Positions 40,205 to 54,387 of a DNA stretch of 64,000 nucleotides are shown here, piece by piece. The notes below the pieces were generated by a model. It had not been told where the DNA came from, made no database searches, and saw only the letters and a program-made list of their open reading frames with translations. Location: NCBI GenBank assembly GCA_000165425.1, contig CT868341.1:124001-188000 (forward strand). The letters are read 5' to 3'. Source of the DNA: Paramecium tetraurelia. Taxonomy: Eukaryota. Within the stretch, counting starts at the first letter, position 1. Every line of letters begins with the position of its first letter. The translations under genes and the position numbers were made by a program.

Positions 40205-41428
40205 ATGTATAAATATTTGTTCATTTGCGTCATATTGATTACGCTAAATGCATTGGATAATGGATTAGGTAGAAAACCTCCTATGGGATGGAATCCATGG
40301 AATAAATATGGCTGCAACATCAATGAAGAAATTGTCAGACAGACCGCTGATGCTTTGGTTAAAACTGGATTGGCAGCTGCAGGATACATTTACTTAAATT
40401 TAGATGATTGCTGGTAATCAGCCAGAGACCCTGCTACCAAAAAGATAATTGCAGATCCAGTCAAATTCCCCTCTGGAATTCCATCATTGGTCTAATATGT
40501 ACATTCAAGAGGATTGAAGTTTGGATTATATTCAGATGCTGTAAGATTATATTAATATCATCCAGGGTATGTAAACCTGCGAGGGCAAACCAGGTTCATT
40601 AGGATATGAAGAGATTGATGCATAAACCTATGCTGAATGGGACATTGATTATTTGAAGTACGATAACTGTCATACTGATGGTACCTCTCCAAAAGTAAGG
40701 TATCCTCCAATGTCTGCTGCTTTAATGAAATAGACCAAGAAGATCTATTTTTCAATGTGTGAATGGGGTTTGGAGAAACCATGGTTATGGGCTCCACCAA
40801 TAGCAAATTCTTGGAGAACCACCGGAGATATTTCAGATCATTGGTATTCCTTCATTGGTAAGTATCATTTTCTATGGCTTAGCTATTTTGGAAGAATAAG
40901 CCAATTTGGCATAATATGCTGGACCAGGACAATGGAATGACCCAGATATGCTAGAAGTCGGTAATGGAGGGATGAAAACTCACGAATATCAAGCTCATTT
41001 TGCTTTGTGGGCAATTTTGAAGGCTCCACTACTTATTGGTTGTGATATTACAAACATGAGTCAAGATACGAAGAAGATATTGATGAATCCAGAGGTTATT
41101 GCTGTTAATTAAGTAATACTAATAAATAATATTTAAGGATAGTTTGGGTATTTAAGCTACCAGAGTAAAGAAGGTGTTGACAAGTGAAGTCTGGGCTGCT
41201 CAAGTTGCTGATAACGGTGCTGGAGTAGTTGCAGTTCTCTTTAATCAAGCATCATTATAAGAATCGATAACTATTGAATTTGATAAGTTGGGAATTAGCG
41301 GAGATTAGAATGTCAGAGATCTCATTAATTAAGTTGAATTAGGAGTAGCAACTGTCAGTTATACTACTCAAGTTCCAGCTCGTTCAGTCGTTATGGTCAA
41401 GTTTAGAAATGCCCGTTCTGAATAATGA
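40205..41428 (+). CDS. Alpha-galactosidase, glycoside hydrolase family 27
   Basis: Signal peptide, [44 protein letters not shown]; three introns. Confidence 0.95.
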
Positions 41429-41452
41429 TAAATACAGAAATTAAATTGTAAA

Positions 41453-41998
41453 TCATTAATATTCTGGCTTAAGTTATGTTTGATATTTCTGAATAATCTT
41501 CTTGATCTTTGGAGATATTACAGCTCTACAATAGCCTTCGTTTGGGTTGATATCATAATAACCCTGGTGATAATCTTCGGCTTTATAAAATTCTTTAAAC
41601 TCCACCACTTGAGTCACAATTGGATTCTTGTATTCTTTTTGTAGTTCCTTTATAACTTCATTGACTATTGCCTTCTGTTACTCACTATGATAAAAAATAA
41701 TTGAACGATATTGTTCCCCTTCATCATTACCTTATCTGTTTAAAGTAGTTGGATCATGTGATGCAAAGAAGATGTAGAGTAAATCCTTATAATCCACCTT
41801 GTTTTGATCGAAAAGCACTTATACGACTTCAGCATGTCCTGTATTTCCTTTACATACATCTTTATAATTGGCAGTGCTTTTTAATGCACCTCCACTATAT
41901 CCAGAATAAACTTCAGATACTCCCTATATTCTCCTGTAAACAGCTTCAATGCACCAAAAACATCCACCTCCTAAAGTTGCTTTGTTGAGTATGTTCAT
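41453..41998 (-). CDS. msrA: Peptide methionine sulfoxide reductase A
   Basis: [47 protein letters not shown]; intronless. Confidence 0.96.
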
Positions 41999-42112
41999 AT
42001 TGTGTTATTGGATATTAAAAATAATTCAAGGAATTGTAGGAATATGAGATTAAAGAATGTCCAAATTCTTAGAAATTAATTAAATATATTATCATTCTGC
42101 GAGACAATGAGA

Positions 42113-43237
42113 TCACATGCTCAACCTTTTACTTACTTTCTTATTATTAGTTTGTCTAGAAGTCTCTTATTTGGGAACTCCACTATTCACAATTGCTCGC
42201 AATCTCAAATTTCTTTTTGTCGAGGGAATCACTTTATCATTGTATTGTTTGTCATAAAATTGTTATACGAAACATTTAACTGCTTCATCATTCTAATCAA
42301 TTTGACTTGCCTATCTTGTATGAGCACTAGTTGGAGTGAATAAATATTAAGATGAATTGAATTCTTCAGCCAATTCTAATTTATGATGATTAAATCGTAT
42401 AAGCTACGATGTTACCTCATTATTATTATGATTGGTTGATCTTGTGTCCAATTCTTCATTAATTGGAGTTTGATTCTAAAAGGCCATAATTAGATTGGCT
42501 CCCTTTTCAATAGCACTTATTGTTGTTTGTCTTTTGAAACTTTTGGTGGGACTTAAATATTGGGAATTCTCAGTTTTTAATTTTACCTAAGTATTTACAA
42601 TAGGATCAAAATTGATTCTCAAATCAGTTAATTAACCTGAGCGATGAGTGGAAATATAGTCAGCAAGTTCATAAAACTTCATATCTCCTTTTTCAAAGTA
42701 CTTTTTTGGTTTTTATTGATTATCATGTAAATCCTAAGAAATCTTCCTTATCCTATCCAGACTGTCTTTACTAAACACATCTATTTTTGGAGGTCTTAAT
42801 GAATCAGCATAGTTTTTGACAGCCAACATTTTTTACAAAAGTACAGCATTCTTCTTTTTTTCGTACTTTTCGTACTGTTTCAAGATTGCTTCCTCAGCCG
42901 GAGTTTATTCCTCTACCAAATCTAATATTTAGTTTTGATACAATACCTTTGGAGTCTCTGTAACCGCTGCCTAAGTCATATTTCATCATAAATCCAGGTT
43001 GCCATCCCTTCTCTCCTTGTAAACGATTTGGATGCAATTTCAAAACCTTGTGGCCTGGTGGTCCAATTTATTTTTGAGTTTAATCTATCTATATAATATT
43101 ATAAAATCGTGTTATACCTTGCAAAAATTCTTACGGCAAAATTAACGTGCTTAAACTTTATCGCAGCCACTTTCTCTCAATTTCAAATAAAGCATAACAT
43201 TCGAATTAGAATTAGCAATATTTAGTTTAGTGCACAT
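42113..43237 (-). CDS. Hypothetical protein
   Basis: Frame of about 350 codons completed by two short introns (GEKGWQPGFMMKYDLGSGYRDSK/DLVEEQTPAEE...); start codon uncertain. Confidence 0.6.
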
Positions 43238-44523
43238 TAAATAATAATAAAATTATAAATGTCAGAAGAAAATTGAGTCAAACATAACTAGAAAATATGA
43301 GATATATACAAATTATGGATGACAGGCTTTGGATTAGTATAGGGTTGATAAGTGATTGGGTACTGAAATAAATAACCTTAATTTAAAATTCCAAATGATG
43401 GTTGCATTGAAATATTAAAGATTACAGAAAACATATTTTGATTTATTTGAAGAAAAAAGAATAAAATGAGAAATAGCAAGAAATTTATTTATATAATAAT
43501 AATCAGCTCTATTTTGTAGAAGTTACTTAAATTGAAAAACCATATTATAGTACTTAGGCTGTTTAAAAGTCGAATAATGAAGAAAATTCATAAATATTGA
43601 GTAGTAATAAATGGAATGTTTGTTAATAAAGATATCATAGAGATTTTGAAACATAATTGTAGCATCTAAAGTAATTTCTGAAAAAAATAAGCATTACATA
43701 TCAATCAAATATTCTATACTTTAATGATGAGGAAAGGTTATATCCTCTTTATCATTTGTTATCATAAGCACACTGTTGCTAATCTCTTTTGCGAGAAGGA
43801 GATTATAAATTTCAAGACTACACCTTGAGGAGATCATTAATTACACAATAACAAAATTTTAAAATATTATTAAACATATCTTCCTATTTAAAAGATAATA
43901 TCTAATTGAAAATCCTTTAATTGTCATAACTAACCCGCTAAAGAATGACTCTAAAACAATTACAAGGAGAGTCTAATAAAATTCAAGAATTATCATAATT
44001 GTTAGTCATAACTGAATGACTAAACTTAACTAACTTGAAACAGTATTATACAAAGTAACGATGGTATGGAAGGCATATTAATTTAATATTTGTTTTTCCT
44101 TAAATTTATTTTGCATTAAAATTTGTTGATTTTTAGAATACTTGATTTTTTGAATAGATCTATAACTTATAAAATAGTTTATTTAATTTTACTTTATTTA
44201 TGATACTATATTGATCTTCCTATAAAATTAAAGATGCATAATTTCAAATTTATAAATATGATCACATGAAAAATTTTGTTATTTTATTTCACCTAAGTCA
44301 TATGATTTGTTAAAGTAATAAGAAGTATTTATATTAAAGAAAATGTTGAATAATAATTTAAAAGAATTAATCATAAACATCAGATGTATTAAATTAATTC
44401 AAAATATGTTGATGGATAGAACGATTAAACTTAGATTTATAATCAACAGTACTGTTTACATTCTGTATGAATTACTTAGTACAAAAAATTGATGCTATAA
44501 TTATAATTTTAATATAAAATTTG

Positions 44524-46204
44524 ATGTTTTTATAAGCCATAAAAGTTAAGGATTGCAGGTATTGTGCACAATAATGAAGATTGGAGCCTATTCAATTAAA
44601 ATTCGGTCCATAGGTACCTCGCCAACATACTCCTGAAGGATTGAGCAAGATTGGGATGTTCAATAGCACTTTATTTTAAGGAAAGAAATCAATTGAGAAG
44701 AAAAAAGCAAGTAATCAGAGGAGACCCCAATCTTCATTTTAAAGGATTACCAAACCTGCCTTTTATAAAAATGTGTTTACAGTTTAATATAGTGTAATGT
44801 TTAATATAAAAAAGAATAGTTTTTTTGTGAAAATGGGAATAATGGGAATTTGGTTAGGAGAATTTTATAAGGGAGAGCATGGTTTGGTGAATAGCAAACG
44901 AGTTACAAGTAAGTAGATGATAGATAATTTAAGTGTGAACTTTATTTGGAGACAATCGAATAAAGGTTTCAATTATTCAACGTTAACATCGAAAAGTGTT
45001 TGCATAAATCATTTAGAACATCACAATGAAATATCAAACAAAAATAAATTGCATGCTAATTTGAAATCATATTGTCTGAGAACAAATAAGCACATGGATG
45101 ATTTTGTTCCTGTAACTTTCATAATCAACTTGGATTCAACAACTTTGCAAAATGATTTTAAAAAATTTGTAGATTATTTCGTTGAAATACAAAAAGACAA
45201 ACTGCTTAAAAACGTTTGGTTACTCAAACCACCTGATTTGAATAGGGGAAGAGGAATACAATTGTTTTCTGATTTAAAAGTCTTGATAAATCAAATTAAT
45301 GAATTTTGTAAAACAAGGAATGTTAACAAATAAATAATGCCCTCATCAAGAGCGACCAAAACTTTACTCATAACATACCCAGAGTCTAATGAAAGTACTT
45401 AAAATGTTCAACTTAGAAACTGGGTAAGCTCAGATTGAGATTACATTAGATTAAACTCCAAATTAAGATAGAATACTGGTTCTATAAAAGTATCTTGAAA
45501 CCCCTCTTCTATATAATGGAAGGAAATTTGATTTTAGAATCTGGGTATTAATAGATCACACTTGCAAATATTATTTCTTTAAGGAAGGGTAGCAATATTA
45601 AATTAATTCAGGTATTTACGATTAGCGAGTGAGCATTTCGACATTAAAAATCTTAGGTCGTTGTATATACATTTGACTAACAATGCTATCCAGAAGAATC
45701 ATTCTAATTATTGTAAATATGAATTAGGAAATCAATTGAGTTTCCAAGACTTATAATAGTATTTAACATCGTAAAAGAATACCAAGGTAACCTCAGTTGG
45801 AATTGTGTAAAAAATGAAAGAGCTCATTCATTAGACCATATTCTGTGCGTGTACTAAATTGCGAAATAGTTGATATTGTGTTGTTATTATTTTAGATCAT
45901 AGAGATTTTCAATTTGAAATCTTTGGATATGATTTCATGATTGATAATAATGGAAATATCTGGTTGATTGAAATCAACACTAACCCTTGCATTGAAGAGA
46001 GTAGTCCTTTACTATAAAAATTGATTCCTCGAATGTTAAGTAATGTGTATTTCCAAATTAGATGACGCTTTTAGATTAACAATTGATAAAATATTTTCTC
46101 CTTTCAAAACAACTTAGGACAACTTTCTTAACAATCTTCATGAATTTAGCATACCAGGATATGGTGATAAGGATAATCTTTGGGACTACATGGGCTAAAT
46201 TTGA
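44524..46204 (+). CDS. Tubulin-tyrosine-ligase-like enzyme (TTLL family, probably a glycylase)
   Basis: GNNGNLV, WLLKPPDLNRGRGI, QKYLETPLLYNGRKFDFRIWVL, HLTNNAIQK, FEIFGYDFMID, WLIEINTNPC. Confidence 0.9.
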
Positions 46205-46237
46205 TTTAAATTATTAATAATAACAATACTTTATTAT

Positions 46238-47004
46238 ATGGGTCTTTAGTGTGCCAAACAAAAAGAGAAATAACCGATCAAAGCAAACGAAATCAAAAAA
46301 TCGGATAGCACTCCTTAAACTCTCAGCACTACAAAGGAAGCTATTGATTTTGTGGAGAGCCAATCTTTAGCTAATGTAATGAGAACGAAGCCGATCAAGG
46401 AATATTTAACGGAGTAGATAGCCAAAAATTAAATCTATGTTGATTCATGTGATATTTTGGCAGAAAGAATTGAAGGCAAATCTCAATTGATACTGAGATC
46501 TTACAATAACTACACTGAGAAGGCTTTAAAAATTAAATCAAAAGTGTTAGAATATTACAGAAACGAGTACACAAACTATATTAATTCCAGAAATGATACT
46601 TCTGAAAATAGGGAGTTTATCATCAAAGAAACAATTCAAGTATGCTTTTATCTAATCTTCTATTATAGTTGCTTGTGGAAACAGCCATCATTCTAAATTG
46701 TTTAATGGATAAAAACTTTGATGATGAGAATGAACTGTGGTGGACAAATGACTACTATAGTGATCGAATTAAAGCTTTATCTCTTTCTCCCGATACTTCA
46801 GAAAATACAGATCCTATCACATCTCCAATCTTACAATATTTAAATGCTTTAAAATCCAAAATAGTCAAGGTGATTCCCCTTCTACCAATCTAACCTAAGT
46901 CAATTGCAAACAGTGTAGCCATTGCGAATGTTCATTTGACTTAGTTTTACAAAGATCTAAAACTGGAATTTGCAAAGGATGTAGAAGAAGAAGTAAGCTG
47001 CTGA
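46238..47004 (+). CDS. Hypothetical protein with an MGxxC dual-acylation-like N-terminus
   Basis: MGLQCAKQKEK...; one intron near 46640-46668; ends VEEEVSC*. Confidence 0.7.
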
Positions 47005-47112
47005 ATGTTATATATTATTTATTTTAAAGCTTTTACATAATATTAATTAACCCCAACATCCACACATCTTTTTTTTATATTATGCTGAAATCGTTTTTTC
47101 AATGGAGTATTT

Positions 47113-47144
47113 AATAAAAAATCAATAAAAATCAATAAAAATCA
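47113..47144. repeat. Short intergenic tandem repeat (about 3 x AATAAAAATC)
   Basis: aataaaaaatc-aataaaaatc-aataaaaatc read directly. Confidence 0.6.
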
Positions 47145-47515
47145 GCATAAATCATTTCTTCCTTAGAATTCTTGTAACCAGATATACAAAACCTTGGAGA
47201 GTCTCTTCTGCTCATTTGAATTCTCCAATTTTTCTGTTTTGTTATAAATCAATTATTGAATCACCATTTTCGATGAATGAAAATTATATAAATTAAACTC
47301 ATGATAATATATTTTAAAATTAATCAATATTAATATTTATTTAATAATAATTATCAAAAACCTTTCTTTCTATTTATTTTTTGATCTTCTAGGATTAAAT
47401 TGATAATAAGAATTACTAATTCGTTCATAAATATATTAAATATTTTAGGTTGTTAAAATTTAAGAATGTTAGTTTATTGAATTATATATAAATAAGGAAT
47501 TCATAAGATGTGTCT

Positions 47516-49083
47516 TCATCCTTACTTTTACCCCCCTTAATAAATTCCTATTACTTCAACCAAACTTTCCCTGTTTTCAACTCCTTATACAAGTAATGTA
47601 TGTGTTACAGGTTTACGACACAACATACAATAATTACTCTTTGACAATAATTGTTACGAGCATTCTTAACAAAATCCTCCATGGCCACAAGGCTAGTTAA
47701 TCATATTACTTTCTTTTTCATAACAAACAAGGCATAACACATTCTATTTATACTATCCTCTGCTTGACAACTCTGGGGCCATACTTTCACTAACTTCTAA
47801 TTTTATTCTTGGAGATGATAATAATTAATCAAATTTTTTAGTTAAGTCTTCCTCCAACTCCTGAGATGGACTCTTTTTAATCTCCTTCTATTTCTTTACA
47901 TCTGAATAACTAATTGATCGAAACTTTTTATCCTAAGATGAACCTAACTCATTCTGATTCTTTTGATTCTCATTTATTTCTTACTTTCTAAAGTAAGTGG
48001 CTGACAATTTCACCATAAATTAGGGAACCTTGCTTATGCTAATTCTGTGAATTTCTTTGATTCTTTCTTTTAATGTAATCTATTCATTAGGCTATTCGGG
48101 TGGTCTTATTTACTATTATGTTTCAGATAAATTGAAAAATTAACTAAAAATCATATATGATACTACATTAATTCTTCCTAGTTTTTGAAATAAAACAAGA
48201 TCTAAAAAAAATAGTAAACGATCGAAGTGATGAAACCCAATAAATTTATCTATCCAATATTATAGTCCAAGAGTAATCCTAATCCTAAAAAAGTCAGTCC
48301 TATATCTATAATAAATCCTACGAGAACAATATTCACCCAAGCCCCTCCAAAAACTAAAAACCTACACATTTATCTTTACTTAATAGTTTCTTATTTTAAA
48401 GTTCGTTGTTACAACATTTTAAAATCAAATCGAATATCAAACATACTTCAATCAATGTCATAGTACCAAGAATAAACCAAACGATTACTAAAGTTTGCAT
48501 CCAACCCCAATTAATTTATTGACTCCATTTCAAACTCAAAAATACTATCTGTAATGAGCCTATGCTTTTTATTGCAGCAACCAACTTTTAATAGATCGTA
48601 ATACATACAATTTCTTATATTTATTTTGACTAATCTTAAGCATCACTCTCAACACTTTACCTACTTATTAAAACTGTTATTGCTAAAATTACAAATTACA
48701 ATATGAGTAGAGCATAACTGATAAAATTAATATTTATTGCTGAGATTTCATTATTGTAGACTATTCCTAATAAATAGGTAATAAACAGGGCACTCTCCAA
48801 TAAGGCAAAACAACAATAAGAATTTATTCTAATTTGAAATTCCAAAGTAAATACCCTTTATATGAAAGCAATTTCGATATCATAAAAGCAAATTATGTAG
48901 TGCAAGTATATACAATAATTATTTTGTAATCCCATCCAAATGTTACGTTCGTATTAAATAGAAAACAAAATCCCATAATAATTGACACTAATAAGAATAT
49001 CTTTTTCACTACATATATTTTACAGATTTTAAATCTTATTTGGCCTTCGATCTCTGTACATCTTCCTCAGTTGTTTATTACAT
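47516..49083 (-). CDS. Multi-pass membrane protein (TMEM185-like) with a C-terminal RING-HC finger
   Basis: Several TM helices including QIVFLSLKWSQQINWGWMQTLVIVW; C-terminal CLVCYEK...PCGHGGFCQEC...CMLCRKP. Confidence 0.8.
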
Positions 49084-49262
49084 TTGCTCAAATTAATTAT
49101 AATTTTAATAATAGATTTGAGAGAGGGATATCCAAAAGAAACATCAATACTACTATTTGAATAAGTCATATATATAAAGGTTTTATTAAAATTCTGTTAA
49201 ACTCCTAATCATGTTTTGAAATCATGATATTATTTTAAAATTAATAAAAATATGATTTTCAT

Positions 49263-50990
49263 TCACAATTGTATATGGATCACATTAAGGTGAGTTGCAT
49301 CTATTCGACTAACACTGAATTGCCTAATTCTAAAGCAATATTTAGCATATCTGCTATTTTTTGCTTTAGTTTAGTAATTTCAACATCTTTCAATTAAATC
49401 AAATTGAAGATATGTAATTCCGATTAAGAGTTCATCTATTTTGATAATTCATATTGTTTGGTACTTTGTTCAGTTACATTTTCTAGGGGAAAATTTAAAA
49501 GAAATGCATTAAATTCATCTGCTCTGAGAGAATTCAATGTTAAATTATCGTTATGGCATTTGATTCTATGCTGATATAGTAGTGACTCTAGTTGAGTAAC
49601 TTATAAATGATAATCTTGAATGTATTATTCAATTTTGTTGTGATATTCATTTGCTGAATTAGAATCTTTATTTAAGTTATCATTTGAGGCAAGAAACTTT
49701 AATGAGTTGTTCAATTACTTTAAAATGTCTCCTAATAATTGTTTTTCAGAGGACTCTTTTTCAATTGATTTTACTATAGACATACTCCATTATTTGTATA
49801 AGAATATAATTTGCTCGATATCAGAGTTCATCCTATAATTTTGTTACTCTAATTCAAGACAACGTTTATTTAATTAAAGTATGATTAAAGTCTTAGAAAT
49901 GACATCTTTATTCAACTATTAAATTTATAATTCCTATGAAGTTTAAAGCTTAAGTGAATCTTCAACTTATTTCTTTGATTTTGCTAAAGTCTATCTTAAC
50001 AGTAACTGTTATTGATTCAATATTTTAACATTTTCTTATAACTATTTCTATGATTATTTTTCTATTTCTAAAGATTTGATTAATTAAAATTATTCTGTTT
50101 GTTTTCTAAGTTAAAGGGAAAATTTACTTGTCTAAAATTGAAGTTAAGTTTTTAATTTTTTCAGCTAGACTTTAGAAACTGTGTTTAAAATAAGGTTCTG
50201 AACACTAGATAATCAAATAAGTTTTACTTTCAGGCATAATTTGGATCTGTAATAATTTAATTCTTTTTTTAATAAATATGTTTAATCCACTTAATTATCA
50301 TATATTTATAAGAAATACTGCAACTTTGATTTTATAATCTTTCTAAATATATTGATCTCTGGAGATAGGTATGAATGGAGGTCTCCTTTCTCTTTAATCT
50401 GCAGAGACAATAGCTCATCTCCTAATTAATTTAATTCTTTAGCAATATTAGTATATTTGGATTTCCATTGCTCTAGTTCTTCTCTCAATGAAAATAAAAC
50501 TAGATCTTGTTCACGTTAAGACTCAGAAGTTGCAACATTAATAGTTGTTCTCTATGAATGTTGTTCAGTTTGATGAAAGACTTTTAGTGTTAATTTCACT
50601 CTTGAATTCGATACCTAATTGCCATTTAGCATCACTTTCTCTTCTGTCTCAACTTGAAAATCACCATAATTCTTGAGTTCGAGATTTGAATCAAGCAATT
50701 AAGTTAAATTACAATCTACTCTTCCTGCAACCTCATTATTCAGCAAAAGCAGAAGCTCCAGTTTATTTTGGTAAGAATTTGTAGATCGATTTTCTAAAGA
50801 AATAAGATGGGTTTCATTAATAGGTATCAAACCTTTACATATCTCATACTAATTTGTAGTTATTGTGGTATGTTCTGAAGAAAATAAGATTTTAACTACT
50901 TGTTTTGATTTGAAATGCTATTAGATCAGACATTATGGAGTCTGATTAAAATTCTTATATGGTAACCTATAGATGAAGATGATCTTCCAT
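49263..50990 (-). CDS. Coiled-coil protein with an N-terminal C2-like (NT-C2) beta domain
   Basis: LHLQVTIQEF...LELLLLLNNEVAGRVDCNLTQLL...VKLTLKV, then long Q/E/K heptads; TGA 49263. Confidence 0.6.
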
Positions 50991-51231
50991 TTAATATATT
51001 ATGAAAATTCGATAATTTAAAGGATTCATTTATAAATAAATGCAGTTGGAATATCATGTTATAATGGAAGTAATTGGCGAGAAATGAGAAAATACACTAA
51101 TATTTTGGATATAGACCCCAATATATTAGGTTTAATCAAGTTGCTAATAAAAATACAAAAAGAGTCGTAAAGTTGAGATGCATATTATTGAGTTAAATTT
51201 TATTTATTATTTAACAGTTAATAATAGATTA

Positions 51232-52424
51232 ATGGAACGCTACAGGAAGATAGAATTAAAGGGAAAAGGTAGTTATGGTCAAGCTATATTGGTTCAAAAT
51301 AAATAGGATAGAAAGTTTTACATTATGAAGGTAATTAGATGACTATAATAGATAATAGATGCATCCAAATTTGATATCAAAGAAAAAGAAAATGCACTCA
51401 ATGAAATAGATGTATTGAAGAATTTACATCATCCATGCATAATTGAATACAGGGAATCTTTTGTGGATAAAAAGTATGTTCATTTGCCTAAGTTAGTAAA
51501 TATTTGTGTATTGTGATGGATTATGCAGAAGAAGGAACACTGCATCAAAGACTTGAATAACAAAAATAAAAACAGGAGTATTTGAAAGAGAATCAAATTA
51601 TAGAATGGTTCACATAAATTTGTTTAGCTGTCAAATATATTCATGATAGACGAATCATACATCGAGATATCAAAACTCAAAATATATTTATTTCAAAAGG
51701 AGAAATAAAACTAGGTGATTTTGGAATTGCTAAATCCCTTATTAATTCTGAGGATCTCTGCTAAACTGCTATTGGAACTCCATACTATATCAGTCCAGAA
51801 GTTTGTTAAAGAATTCCTTATGATTATAAATCAGATATCTGGAGTTTAGGGTGTATGTTATATGAGATGATGGCATTGAAGCATGCCTTTGAAGCCAAAA
51901 GTATTATATTTCAATAAATAAAGCAATGGAAGGACTATTTTTGAAAATTATCAATGGAAAATATTAGCCTATGCCCATCAATTATTCCTAAGAACTCATC
52001 TAATTACTAAAAGATATTTTAAACACAGATCCTTAAAAGAGACTCAATATCAATTAGATATTAGATTATAGAATAATTAGAAAATCAAAAAACGAATTTG
52101 TGCAAAGAAAAACTTAAAATTTACAAAAGATACAATTTATTTCTGGATAAGTTAAGAAAATTGAAAGTCTCTCTGGTCGAATTAGACATTATGAGAGTGA
52201 GTAAAAAGAATATGGAGAATCACTTGCGGATCTAATTGAGAAAATGAGAATGGAGCTTGAAGAATAATTAGGAGTTGAAAAATTTATCATAATTTACAAT
52301 TCTTTAGTATTTTATTTTATGATAATTAGATTAGAAAAATGAGGAAGATTCTTCCAAATTTAGTAATGAGATTATAATAGATAAAATTACCTAGCTTCTC
52401 CAGTTAGAACAATTAATATTTTGA
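51232..52424 (+). CDS. NIMA-related (NEK) kinase
   Basis: [61 protein letters not shown]...[11 protein letters not shown]. Confidence 0.93.
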
Positions 52425-52898
52425 TTTTTTTTCTTTATATATTAATTATACTTATTTTTTATTTGTTTTTAATCAAATCCTAGTCCTTTTTTAATTTAAA
52501 ATATTAATTTTTAGGTTTTCAATTTTTAATATAGTCATTTATTAGGTTTAAATAAAGTCTATTGACTCTATAGCTTAAGAAACTACTAATATATTTTACT
52601 TATAATAAAATTATTACTCAATAAGGATTAGTTAATTACTTTAATTTTTACATAGATTCTTTAACTCATTTATTAAAGTTATTTATATTCACCTACAAAA
52701 TTTATATTGTAATTCCACCAAAATACAAAATAATAACTCAATTCATGATTGTTAATTATCTTTGAATGATTAAAAGTTGTTAAAGTTAGGAAATTATACT
52801 AAAATATGGTCAAATAACTTCGAGAATTAATATATTAAATAAATTATTTAATCCTTTATCATTTTTTATAAATTTATAAATATATATTTAACGAATAC

Positions 52899-53192
52899 AT
52901 GTCTCTAAACTACCTTCCATTTCATAATCTAGCTCATTGTCCGAAGTAAGTCATAGAATTTGTATAAAATCCTAATCTGAATCTCAATGAATTAAACAAC
53001 ATGATAGAATAATTGAAAATGCCTAAAAATCACCATAAAGCAATTTAAAGTATGTAGATTTTAGTCTCTAAGTAAGAACATTATTTATAGGATGATAATA
53101 CCCTTCAAAATCAAGATGAAGATATTCATTCTCCTAAATTGCTTTTAAGAAAGTTCCACTCTGATCAACTATATTTATATAATAATATTTGA
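52899..53192 (+). CDS. Small hypothetical protein (97 aa)
   Basis: Table-6 ORF MSLNYLPFHNLAHCPKQ...SPKLLLRKFHSDQ...*. Confidence 0.45.
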
Positions 53193-53399
53193 ATTGTAAA
53201 TAAATGTAATAAACTCTAAATTCTTCTTATTTCATATCTAAATTGCTACATTTTTTATTTAGTTTGCATTTATTAAATGCAAAGGCAAGATTTATTTATT
53301 TAAAATAAATTGTTAATAAGAGTAATAACATTAATAGATACTTATAATTTGAGTGAGAAGATTTATTCATAATATTAAATATAATCATAAATTGTATTA

Positions 53400-53970
53400 A
53401 TCAATTTTGTCAAAGAAATTTATATCAAAGGTAGGTAAAGAGTATCTAAATCCACTAAAAGATTTCTAATGACCCTTAATTATTTTATCAAATCTTCTGT
53501 CATTTGATTTAGAAGCTGTTTTTTTTTACCCTTCTTCATGAGATTTTATATCCTAAAGAATTAACGCTCAAATACATTAATCAATCGTGAATTTTATTAT
53601 TTGCTATTATCATTGCTTTCAGAAGGTTTCAATTTTTTTATAATCCATTTTGCCTTTTTTCTTTGTGTTATTTAAGATAATTAAACTCCAAATTGTTTTC
53701 CTAAAACTTTATTTGCCCATCCTGATCCATATGGACTTTATTTAATTTCTCTTATTACTATAAGCTAGATTGTTACTATTAATGTCTACTTTAGTGAGAA
53801 TTTTCTTTTTAGTTGCTTTTATTGGATATTTTCAAATTTTCCAGTTTTAAAGGATGACTCTAATTTTGATTAACTTAATTATCTAGAAATTCCAAAATAT
53901 TTAGGGGTTCACATATGTCTGTAACATATACTTGACTTTAAGAAAATAGACCAATCTTTTATTGTCTCAT
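53400..53970 (-). CDS. Possible hypothetical protein (boundaries uncertain)
   Basis: Open frame containing SPYGSGWANKVLGKQFGV...KAKWIIKKLKP; 5' exon not resolved. Confidence 0.35.
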
Positions 53971-54100
53971 AAATTACATAAATTAATTATAGATAATCAT
54001 TTATAGGTTTAAATATTAATAATGTAATTTTATATATTAATAAGTTACTCATGTGATATCTGAATTAATTTCACCCACTACTTACCCAACAGACATAAGG

Positions 54101-54286
54101 NNNNNNNNNNNNNNNNNNNNNNNNNNNNNNNNNNNNNNNNNNNNNNNNNNNNNNNNNNNNNNNNNNNNNNNNNNNNNNNNNNNNNNNNNNNNNNNNNNNN
54201 NNNNNNNNNNNNNNNNNNNNNNNNNNNNNNNNNNNNNNNNNNNNNNNNNNNNNNNNNNNNNNNNNNNNNNNNNNNNNNNNNNNNNN
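54101..54286. other. Assembly gap (186 N)
   Basis: Run of n characters. Confidence 0.99.
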
Positions 54287-54387
54287 TAGTATTAGATTTG
54301 ATACTCTTTATGGCAAAACGAAAATTAATAGATTTTGAATAAAATTTAATTTAATTTATAATTATTAATTAATTTATTTTGAAGTAG

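Noticed and set aside
42976..42978. In-frame TGA (WIYDEI*LRQR) suggesting selenocysteine, readthrough or a pseudogene
   Set aside because: A canonical 26-nt intron (GTATTG...ATTAG) joins a different upstream frame, so the TGA is out of frame in the mRNA.
54053..54289. ORF running into X residues
   Set aside because: Artefact of the N gap.
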